Part shown: positions 56,172 to 64,000 of the stretch, in pieces
Layout: every line of letters begins with the position of its first letter
Position numbering within the stretch: the stretch's first letter is position 1
Translations under genes and position numbers: made by a program
Source of the DNA: an uncultured Pelagibacteraceae bacterium
GTDB taxonomy: Bacteria; Pseudomonadota; Alphaproteobacteria; Pelagibacterales; Pelagibacteraceae
Length of the DNA: 64,000 bases
NCBI GenBank assembly: GCA_902573065.1
Contig: CACGHX010000001.1
Coordinates: 23,564 to 87,563 of the forward strand
Direction of reading: 5' to 3'
Notes under the pieces: generated by a model
The model's input: only the letters and a program-made list of their open reading frames with translations
Told to the model about the DNA's origin: nothing
The model's database searches: none

Positions 56172-57098
56172 TTAAGATATTTTTTTGAGTGTTTTAGTAA
56201 TATTAATATTCATGTTATCAAAAATATTTCGTTCATTATTTTTAATATTTTTATAAATATAATTAACGAGTCTTGATAATGGTTCAGCAAGATCTATTTC
56301 TGGAACCTCGAGGCTGTATTTAGCTTGTTTAGCTTTCTTGAAATATATTTTAATTTTATACATAGATTCATTTTCATCACAATAAATAATCGCATTCTTA
56401 AATTTAAATTTCATAAGTCGAATTTTTATTGGTGAAATCCAAGTATTTTTGATGAAAACATTTAATTTATTTTTATAAGTTAAATTGATAAATGCCGTAT
56501 CAGACTTAGGAGATTGTGCATTATTAATTTTTAAGGATTTTGATTTTATTGGGTTGCTTTTTAATAAATAAAATAAAATTGATAGATCATGAACTGCTAA
56601 GTCCCATACCACATTAACATCTTTTCTTACAGGTGCTTGCTCTCTATAAGACTCTATTTCATTTAATTTGCCAAACCTATTGCTCTCAATAATCTTTTTA
56701 ATGTAATTAATAGAACCTGAAAAAATAAACGGATAATCAACAAATATTTTCTTTTTATTTATTTTTGAAATTTTTTCTAAATTATACACCTCTTTTTCGG
56801 ATAGTGAAATTGGCTTTTCAACTAAAATATGTTTTTTCATTTTTAGTGCAAACTTAGATATTTGAAAATGTGTGTTTGTGGGTGTGGCTATAACAACTAT
56901 ATCGATATTGTTTGTAATCGATTTTTTATAATCCTTTGAAGTCTTTATGAATGGAAAGTCTTTTTTTGCTCTCAGTAAATTTGTTTGGGATTTGTCTGAG
57001 ACAGATACTAGTTTAAAAAAATTTGAATTTTGAAAGTTTCTAGCTAACTTTGGTCCCCAATATCCATAACCTATAAGGCATACTTTTAATTTATTCAT
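56172..57098 (-). CDS. Gfo/Idh/MocA family oxidoreductase
   Basis: 308 aa. It has KVCLIGYGYWGPKLARNF (Rossmann) and the EKP motif (VEKPISL). Confidence 0.7.
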   Translation of the reverse strand: MNKLKVCLIGYGYWGPKLARNFQNSNFFKLVSVSDKSQTNLLRAKKDFPFIKTSKDYKKSITNNIDIVVIATPTNTHFQISKFALKMKKHILVEKPISLSEKEVYNLEKISKINKKKIFVDYPFIFSGSINYIKKIIESNRFGKLNEIESYREQAPVRKDVNVVWDLAVHDLSILFYLLKSNPIKSKSLKINNAQSPKSDTAFINLTYKNKLNVFIKNTWISPIKIRLMKFKFKNAIIYCDENESMYKIKIYFKKAKQAKYSLEVPEIDLAEPLSRLVNYIYKNIKNNERNIFDNMNINITKTLKKIS

Positions 57099-57870
57099 TT
57101 TTTAAAAATTCAGCCACCTTTTCTCTCATTTCAAAAGCATTTTCAAGTATTATCATGTGACCGCAGTTTTTAATGATATGAACTTTCGAACCAGGAATTA
57201 ATTCAGCAAATTTTTTTCCATTTTCCAATTTAATCATTTTGTCCAATTCACCAAAAATAAACAAAGTCGGAAATTTAATATTTTTTACAGCTTTAAGGCC
57301 GTTTTTATAGTTATTACAAGCAATTAAATCTACAGCCAATACCTCTCTTACCTCTCTTGTTGAGTTTAAAATTTTTTGTAATGGATTGCCTCCTATAAAC
57401 CGTTTTGAATGACCGTAACCCCATTTCATCATTAAATTTAAAGACTCCATATCACCTGACAATGATAGATCAATTAAGCTTTTATTAACTGGAATTTCAT
57501 ATGCACCGGCAACAAAAACTAACTTTTTAATCTTTTGTGGAAATCTTAATGAGAATTCTAATGAGACCAGGCAACCTTGAGAATGACCAACAATTGTTAC
57601 CTGATTTGTGCCAATTTTATTTAACAACTTATCTAACCAAACTGCAATTTCTTCTATACTTTTTAAACTCTCTCCTTCAGAATTTCCATGGCCTGGGAGA
57701 TCTAATGTAAGTACATTAAAACCAAGTGAAGAAATATATTGCTCAGTTAATGACCATACAACGTGGGACTGGCCGCTGCCATGTAATAAAATAACTGTTT
57801 CTTTATTTTTATCGAAGGTAAGACCTGCATCAGATGCAAAAACTTTTTTTTTATCAACTTCAACAATCAA
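57091..57870 (-). CDS. alpha/beta-fold hydrolase
   Basis: 259 aa. It has the oxyanion HG (LLHGSGQS), the nucleophile elbow GHSQG and a C-terminal His (NCGHMIILE). It overlaps both neighbours (8 nt and 4 nt). Confidence 0.8.
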   Translation of the reverse strand: MIVEVDKKKVFASDAGLTFDKNKETVILLHGSGQSHVVWSLTEQYISSLGFNVLTLDLPGHGNSEGESLKSIEEIAVWLDKLLNKIGTNQVTIVGHSQGCLVSLEFSLRFPQKIKKLVFVAGAYEIPVNKSLIDLSLSGDMESLNLMMKWGYGHSKRFIGGNPLQKILNSTREVREVLAVDLIACNNYKNGLKAVKNIKFPTLFIFGELDKMIKLENGKKFAELIPGSKVHIIKNCGHMIILENAFEMREKVAEFLKNE

Positions 57871-59495
57871 CTTAATTCCTTAGCTTTAGCTCTAAGCTCG
57901 TACTTTTTTATTTTTCCCGTGGATGTTTTTGGAAGATCTCCGAAAACTATTTTTTTTGGAATTTTAAACCCAGCAAGTGTCTCCCTACAGAACTTAATGA
58001 TTTCCTCTTCGGTTGCTTTCTTTTGTGGTGATAGCTCAACAAAAGCACATGGAGATTCACCCCACTTTTCATCGGGCTTTGCTACAACAGCTGATAAAGA
58101 TACTGATGGGTGTTTAGAAATAGTATTTTCTATTTCGATAGATGAAATATTTTCACCACCAGAAATGATTATATCTTTTGATCTATCTTTAATTTGTATG
58201 TAACCATTAGGATGCATTACGGCTAAATCTCCTGAATGAAACCAACCGTCTTTCATGGATTTTTCCGTTGCATCCTTGTCTTTAAAATAACCTTTCATTA
58301 CAACGTTTCCTCTAATCATAATTTCTCCTATAGTCTTGCCATCATTAGGAACTGTTTTCATATTTTCTGGATTCATAACTTTAACATCTTCAGTGTTTGG
58401 ATAACGAACACCTTGACGTGAACTAATATCAGCTTTCTCATCCTCATTAAGTTTATCCCATTCACTATTCCAAGCACACTGAAGGATATGACCATAGGTT
58501 TCAGTCAACCCATAAACGTGCATAACTTCAAATCCTAATTCTTTCATTTTTTTAAAAATTATACTTGGTGGTGGTGCAGCTGCAGTTAAAACATAGACCT
58601 TGTGGTTCAGTTTTATTTGTTCTTCTTTTGGTGCATTAGCTAACATATTTAGTATTATTGGTGCACCTCCAAAATGAGTTATTTTGTGTTCTGAAATTAG
58701 TTCAAAAATTTCTTTAGCTCTTATATTTCTAATACAGATAACACGAGCATGTAGCATTGCTAAAGTCCAAGGATAGCACCAACCATTACAATGAAACATT
58801 GGTACAGTATAAAGAAAATTTAATCTATTTGGCATATTCCATGCGGTTACGCTTCCTGTAGCCATGAGATATCCGCCTCTATGATGATAAACTACACCTT
58901 TGGGATTTCCAGTTGTTCCTGATGTATAATTTAATGAAATTGCTTGCCACTCATCATCTGGTCTTTTCCAAATAAAATTTTCATTTCCTGTATTAAGAAA
59001 ACTTTCATACTCAAGTTCGCCAATTTTTTTTGCATCTTTTAAATTTTCTTGTTTATCAATAATGTCTATAACAGAAATTTTTTTACTTAATGTTTCTAAA
59101 GCTTTGTTTACAACTGGACTAAATTGTCTATCAACGATTAAAACTTTAGTATCTGCGTGATTTAAAATATAACCTACTGTCTTTGCGTCTAATCTTGTAT
59201 TAATTGTATTTAATACTGCTCCAGTCATTGGGACTGAATAGTGAGCCTCAAATAGTTCAGGTGTATTTGCTGCCATAATAGACACGGTATCACCCTTTTT
59301 AACCCCATGTTTTTCTAGTGCACTGGCAAACTTAATTGCTCTTTCGTAAACTTGTTTCCATGTGTAGACTCTCTTCTTATAAATTAAAGCCTCATAATCT
59401 GGGTAAATATCTTTTGTCCTTTCTAAAAAAGTTATAGGGGTTAAAGGAACATAGTTTGCTTTATTTTTTTCAAGATTCTTTTCGTAATTGTTCAT
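57867..59495 (-). CDS. dmdB: AMP-forming acyl-CoA ligase, probable 3-methylmercaptopropionate-CoA ligase
   Basis: 542 aa. It has the AMP-binding motifs YTSGTTGNPKGV, YGLTET, GWFHSGD and PKTSTGKIKK. The DmdB call rests on context. Confidence 0.65.
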   Translation of the reverse strand: MNNYEKNLEKNKANYVPLTPITFLERTKDIYPDYEALIYKKRVYTWKQVYERAIKFASALEKHGVKKGDTVSIMAANTPELFEAHYSVPMTGAVLNTINTRLDAKTVGYILNHADTKVLIVDRQFSPVVNKALETLSKKISVIDIIDKQENLKDAKKIGELEYESFLNTGNENFIWKRPDDEWQAISLNYTSGTTGNPKGVVYHHRGGYLMATGSVTAWNMPNRLNFLYTVPMFHCNGWCYPWTLAMLHARVICIRNIRAKEIFELISEHKITHFGGAPIILNMLANAPKEEQIKLNHKVYVLTAAAPPPSIIFKKMKELGFEVMHVYGLTETYGHILQCAWNSEWDKLNEDEKADISSRQGVRYPNTEDVKVMNPENMKTVPNDGKTIGEIMIRGNVVMKGYFKDKDATEKSMKDGWFHSGDLAVMHPNGYIQIKDRSKDIIISGGENISSIEIENTISKHPSVSLSAVVAKPDEKWGESPCAFVELSPQKKATEEEIIKFCRETLAGFKIPKKIVFGDLPKTSTGKIKKYELRAKAKELS

Positions 59496-59496
59496 T

Positions 59497-61257
59497 TCAA
59501 TTAAAGTTCGCCTTCATCATTGATTTACTTCCTGTTATTGCTGACAAATAATGACTTTGGGCTCTTGGTAAAATTTTATCAAAATAGTAAGTTGCTGTAT
59601 TTATTTTGTCTTCAAAAAAAGATTTATTAGTATCATATTTTTCATAGCTAACTTTAAGAATTTTTAACCAAGAATGAGCTAAACCTAAATAACCTAAAAC
59701 CTTTAAATAATCATTACACGCGGCGCTAACATCATCTTTTGAATTTTTATTTTTTTCAATAAGCCAGGACGTAAAATTATTCATTAGCTCAACATATTTT
59801 TGAAATTTTTGAACAAATAATGCTAGTTCATTGTTTTTTTCATACTCTTGTATCTCTTTTGAAATTTGAGATATGTAATTATTATAAATATTATTATTAA
59901 GAATTTTTCTAAAAACTAAATCAATAGCTTGAACAGAATTTGTTCCTTCATATATTGGGGTAATTCTATTATCTCTAAATAGTTGTTCAACACCTTGGTC
60001 TTTGGTGTACCCATATCCACCAAAAACTTGTATTGCATCATTTGTTATTTCCATTCCTATGTCAGTAAAAAAAGATTTTATTAGTGGTGTCATCATAGAG
60101 ACCATATCATTGGCATTTTTTTTAATTGTTAAGTTAGAATGATTTAAACTTACATCTATTTGTTGAGAAACCCAAAAAGCTAGGGATCTTTGACCTTCAA
60201 TTAATGACTTCATATTCATTAAACTTCTTCTAATATCTGCGTGCTTAATTATTAAATCTGCGTCTTTATTATTACTATTATTTGCCTTACCCTGTTTTCT
60301 CTCTTTAGCGTATGAAAGAGCATTTTGGTATGCTGTTTCTGAAATACCTAAACCTTGAATACCCACGACTATTCTTTCTAAGTTCATCATAGTGAACATA
60401 GAACTTAAACCTTTATTTTCGGATCCTATCATGTAGCCAGTTGCATTTTCAAAATTCAGAACACAAGTTGGGGATCCCTTAATTCCCATTTTTGTTTCTA
60501 TTGATCCAGTGTTCACTCCATTTCGTGAACCAATTGATCCATCATCTTTTACAACAAATTTAGGAACAAGAAATAAGCTAATGCCTTTTGTTCCAGATGG
60601 AGATCCTGGTACTCTTGCTAAAACTAAATGTATTATGTTTTCAGTTAAGTCATGATCACCTGAGGTTATAAAAATTTTTTGTCCTGTTAACTTATAAGAA
60701 TTATCTTTTTGTTTAACAGCTTTGGTTTTCAATAGCCCAAGATCTGTACCACAGTGAGACTCAGTAAGACACATTGTACCACTCCACTTACCTTCAACAA
60801 TTTTTGGTAAATACTTATTTTTAATTTCTTCATCTGCATGATGAAGTATACAGTTATATGCTCCAATACTTAATTCACTATAAAGTTTAAAAGAAAGACT
60901 AGAAGATGAAAGCATCTCTTCAAAAAATGTGCTGACAGTCTTCGGCATACCTTGACCACCATATTTCGGGTCACAAGATAACGATGTCCATCCATCTTCA
61001 ATAAATTTTTTATAAGCTTCTTTATATCCTGGTGGAGATCTAACAATTCCATTTTCATAAACACAAGGCTTTTCATCCCCAATTTTTGCTAGAGGTAAGA
61101 TTAACTCCTGGTTAATTTTAGCAGCTTGTTGTAAAATATCTTTAACTAAGTCAGAATTTATTTCTTTGTATTTATCTATTTCTTTGTAGTTTTTATTATC
61201 TTTTAAATGATCAAATAAAAACATCATTTCTTCAACTGGTGCATTATATATAGGCAT
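59497..61257 (-). CDS. dmdC: large acyl-CoA dehydrogenase, probable MMPA-CoA dehydrogenase
   Basis: 586 aa. It has the ACAD N/M/C domains (LTESHCGTDL, GGYGYTKDQGVEQLFRDNRITPIYEGTN) plus a C-terminal extension of about 130 aa. The DmdC call rests on context. Confidence 0.65.
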   Translation of the reverse strand: MPIYNAPVEEMMFLFDHLKDNKNYKEIDKYKEINSDLVKDILQQAAKINQELILPLAKIGDEKPCVYENGIVRSPPGYKEAYKKFIEDGWTSLSCDPKYGGQGMPKTVSTFFEEMLSSSSLSFKLYSELSIGAYNCILHHADEEIKNKYLPKIVEGKWSGTMCLTESHCGTDLGLLKTKAVKQKDNSYKLTGQKIFITSGDHDLTENIIHLVLARVPGSPSGTKGISLFLVPKFVVKDDGSIGSRNGVNTGSIETKMGIKGSPTCVLNFENATGYMIGSENKGLSSMFTMMNLERIVVGIQGLGISETAYQNALSYAKERKQGKANNSNNKDADLIIKHADIRRSLMNMKSLIEGQRSLAFWVSQQIDVSLNHSNLTIKKNANDMVSMMTPLIKSFFTDIGMEITNDAIQVFGGYGYTKDQGVEQLFRDNRITPIYEGTNSVQAIDLVFRKILNNNIYNNYISQISKEIQEYEKNNELALFVQKFQKYVELMNNFTSWLIEKNKNSKDDVSAACNDYLKVLGYLGLAHSWLKILKVSYEKYDTNKSFFEDKINTATYYFDKILPRAQSHYLSAITGSKSMMKANFN

Positions 61258-63480
61258 TTAGTTTATAAGTGGTTTTCCTGTTTTTAAAGTATGGGCTATT
61301 CTATTTTGGGTATTTTGAGTTTCTAATAATTTCATAAAACTATTTAATTCAAGATTATACATTTGATCTTCAGAAATTTCTTTATTTTTTTCAGTATCTC
61401 CCCCGCTCAATACATATGCTAATTCTTTACCAACTACCATACCATGATCTAATATTTTTTTATTATTATATAATTCATCAAGTTTCTTTTGCATTTTTTG
61501 TCTCACTTGATTACCTGATAATTTAAATTTACATTCAATAGGAGGCTTAAATTCTTTATTTTTTTCAATAAATTTTTTAGCTACCTCAAAAAGGTTGTTT
61601 CGATTGATGATAACCTCATGATTACTATCTAAAAATAAAAGAGGTTTTGCCTCTTGAGGTGAAGTGGCTGTTTTGGCATAACCAATAATATCAAACACTT
61701 TAAGTGAAGCAAATTCAGGATCATTTTTTGAATCATTAGTTTGTGTCCAACGCCATAAAAGCTCTTTACAGCCCCCGCCTGCAGGAACCAAACCGACAAT
61801 AGTTTCAACTAAACCCATAACTATATTTGTATGAGAAACAACGTAATTGCTCTGCAATAATACTTCTTCGCCACCACCTAGAGCTAAACCAGAGGGTGCA
61901 GATATAACTAGATTTTCACAGTACTTTAAATGTTTACAAGTTTTTTGAAAATACTTTATAAATTTTTCAACAGATTTCATATCACCCTTTTTAACAAATT
62001 CCATAACATAATTAAGATTAACTCCTGCAGAAAATTGCATACTCTCATTTATTATAATCAAAGGTTTGTCGGTAGCATTCATTAGAGCCTCCATAGAATT
62101 GTAGTCTAAAGCATTAGCTTTAGTGTTAAATTCAACAATATTAAAATCATTAAATCTAAATATCTCTGCAGAATCATTTTTGTCTACCTTTGTTACTAAT
62201 CTCTTAATTTTACCAAGAGTTTGGATATTTGTATATTTTTGACGTTCTTCGTAAAAATTTTTAGATCCTTTATTTTTAAGATTTTGTAAAAAAGGGTTTA
62301 GTTTTGTATCACCTAGTTTTGAAAAAAAATTATCCAAACCAATCGACTCTAGCATTTCAAAAGGTCCCATAGACCAATTAAAACCAAGCCTTAGTGCTTC
62401 ATCAATATCGTTATATTGTTTTGTTATTTGGGGTACTAAAGATGAAGAATATAGAATTATTTTTGATATTACTGACCATGCATATTTTCCATATTTATCA
62501 TTTCTATTAATTAATTCTAAAAGATTTACTTTTTCAATATTTAGTTCAATCTTTTTTGATGGAGAATAAGTATTTTTATTTATATCAAGAGCTTCAAGGG
62601 TTTTCTTATTATTTTGTTTGTTTATTCTATAGAAACCACCCTTCCCTTTACGACCAGTATATCCGCTTTCAATTAAATTTTTGATAATTGGTATTCCGTC
62701 TACAACATTTTGAAAATCGTCTTTTGGATCCAATTCTTTTTTAAAACTTTTAAGAACATCTGACATTAAATCGATACCTATTAAATCATATAATGCAAAA
62801 ACACCTGTTTTTGGGATACCCATTGGCCTTCCAAAAACAGCATCGGCTTCCTCTATTGAAAGTTTCATTGAAATAGCTTCTGTCATAGCAATTTGCATTG
62901 AATAGACACCAATCCTATTTCCTAAAAAACCTGGTGTATCACCACATACGATTACACCTTTTCCTAGATTTTTTTCACAAAAGTCTTTAAGCAATTCTAT
63001 TTTATTTTTGTCATTGTTTTCTTCTCTGACGATTTCAAGAAGTCCCATGTATCTTACTGGATTAAAAAAATGCGTTATACAAAAATCTTTTTTATCATTT
63101 TCATTTAATTTTTTAGATAATATTTTAAGAGGAATTGTTGAAGTATTAGAGGAAACTACAGAATTTTTCTTTCTTTTATCAAAAATTTTTTTATATATGT
63201 CGTGCTTTATATCAATTCTTTCTACAACTGCTTCTATAATCCAATCTGCATCAGAAACATGATCAAAATTTTTAGTTATTGTACCTATTTTTAATCCATC
63301 AATTTTAGATTTTTCAAATAAAAGTGGTGGTTTTGATTTTAATATTCTTTCTTTGGCTTTTTCTACAATTTCATCTTTTAGATCAAGTAATACAACTGGA
63401 ATATTAGCGTTGCACAAGTGAGCAGCTATGCCGCTTCCCATTGTTCCCGATCCGATAATAACTACTTTGTTAATTTTCAT
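61258..63480 (-). CDS. fused 3-hydroxyacyl-CoA dehydrogenase (N-terminal) / enoyl-CoA hydratase (C-terminal), FadN-like
   Basis: 740 aa from ATG 63480. It has Rossmann [21 protein letters not shown] and a crotonase block [10 protein letters not shown]...[15 protein letters not shown]. The 16 extra N-terminal codons in the ORF track run across the tRNA-Pro gene and are rejected. Confidence 0.85.
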   Translation of the reverse strand: MKINKVVIIGSGTMGSGIAAHLCNANIPVVLLDLKDEIVEKAKERILKSKPPLLFEKSKIDGLKIGTITKNFDHVSDADWIIEAVVERIDIKHDIYKKIFDKRKKNSVVSSNTSTIPLKILSKKLNENDKKDFCITHFFNPVRYMGLLEIVREENNDKNKIELLKDFCEKNLGKGVIVCGDTPGFLGNRIGVYSMQIAMTEAISMKLSIEEADAVFGRPMGIPKTGVFALYDLIGIDLMSDVLKSFKKELDPKDDFQNVVDGIPIIKNLIESGYTGRKGKGGFYRINKQNNKKTLEALDINKNTYSPSKKIELNIEKVNLLELINRNDKYGKYAWSVISKIILYSSSLVPQITKQYNDIDEALRLGFNWSMGPFEMLESIGLDNFFSKLGDTKLNPFLQNLKNKGSKNFYEERQKYTNIQTLGKIKRLVTKVDKNDSAEIFRFNDFNIVEFNTKANALDYNSMEALMNATDKPLIIINESMQFSAGVNLNYVMEFVKKGDMKSVEKFIKYFQKTCKHLKYCENLVISAPSGLALGGGEEVLLQSNYVVSHTNIVMGLVETIVGLVPAGGGCKELLWRWTQTNDSKNDPEFASLKVFDIIGYAKTATSPQEAKPLLFLDSNHEVIINRNNLFEVAKKFIEKNKEFKPPIECKFKLSGNQVRQKMQKKLDELYNNKKILDHGMVVGKELAYVLSGGDTEKNKEISEDQMYNLELNSFMKLLETQNTQNRIAHTLKTGKPLIN

Positions 63481-63484
63481 AAAA

Positions 63485-63561
<77 letters not shown>

Positions 63562-63634
63562 AGAGGTTATTTATATAGATGAATAAATGAATTTTATCAA
63601 TTGAAACATAATTACAATCAATATAATTAGTATT

Positions 63635-64000
63635 ATGATTCAACAAATATCAAAACCATTTAAATGGTTTTTTAAATTAGAGGCTGCATCGGGTCTAGTT
63701 TTACTTTTTGCTGCAATAATTGCATTATTTGTTAGTAATAGTGAATTAGCATCTATCTATTATGATATTTTAAACTCTTATTTTGCTCTTGGTTTTGGAG
63801 AATTTAAATTAAAATTATCCATATTACATTGGATCAACGATGTTTTAATGGCAATATTTTTCTTTTTGGTTTCTTTAGAAATAAAAAGAGAATTTATTCA
63901 AGGAGAATTATCAAACCCTAAACAGGCATCCCTTCCAATAATTGCTGCTGTTGGTGGAATGTTGGTTCCAGCTTTAATTTATGTTGCTATCAATTTTGGA
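63635..64000 (+). CDS. nhaA: Na+/H+ antiporter NhaA, N-terminal part (3' end outside window)
   Basis: The frame is open from ATG 63635 to the window end. The translation is MIQQISKPFKWFFKLEAASGLVLLFAAIIALFVSNS...HWINDVLMAIFFFLVSLEIKREFIQGELS...LPIIAAVGGMLVPALIY, which is the NhaA N-terminal signature. Confidence 0.85.
   Translation, partial: MIQQISKPFKWFFKLEAASGLVLLFAAIIALFVSNSELASIYYDILNSYFALGFGEFKLKLSILHWINDVLMAIFFFLVSLEIKREFIQGELSNPKQASLPIIAAVGGMLVPALIYVAINFG

Overview
This 64-kb window is extremely AT-rich and almost gap-free. Most neighbouring genes abut or overlap by 1-11 nt. The gene content and synteny are alphaproteobacterial: argS-nagZ-scpAB-tatABC-serS, yajC-secDF and uvrA/ssb-gyrA. 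Together with the GcvT-family gene next to acyl-CoA ligase and dehydrogenase genes, this fits a streamlined SAR11/Pelagibacter-type chromosome. That taxon call is pattern recognition, not a database result.

Layout:
- 1-35 kb: housekeeping core on the + strand, running from valS and ilvD through gyrA, coaD and tgt, with tRNA-Ser(GCU) at 9221-9313.
- 35-46 kb: an accessory carbohydrate/cyclitol block. It holds iolE, iolG-like, an FrcBCA-like ABC transporter, a ROK kinase, a Gfo/Idh/MocA oxidoreductase, iolD, a GabD-like aldehyde dehydrogenase and an HpcH/HpaI aldolase.
- 46-51 kb: a surface-glycan block with a double-domain glycosyltransferase, an LbH acetyltransferase, a DegT aminotransferase, a GIY-YIG protein and a GT11 fucosyltransferase.
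- 51.0-52.9 kb: a GC-richer tyrosine recombinase, a small phage-type ORF and a 425-bp non-coding tract. That tract is by far the longest gap in the window.
- 52.9-63.6 kb: one uninterrupted minus-strand array, in the order tRNA-Pro, FadN-like, dmdC-like, dmdB-like, hydrolase, oxidoreductase, dmdA-like, NDUFS4-like, SbmA-like, AEC transporter.
- 63635 to the window end: the start of nhaA.

I saw no rRNA, CRISPR array, transposase, reverse transcriptase or obvious defence or toxin-antitoxin genes. The candidates most worth follow-up are:
- the inositol-type cluster, which lacks the canonical lower pathway;
- the extended DMSP-demethylation array, including its embedded genes and the tRNA fused to it;
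- the recombinase module with its non-coding tail, next to the glycan island.

All product calls rest on motifs read by eye from the supplied translations. No searches were run.
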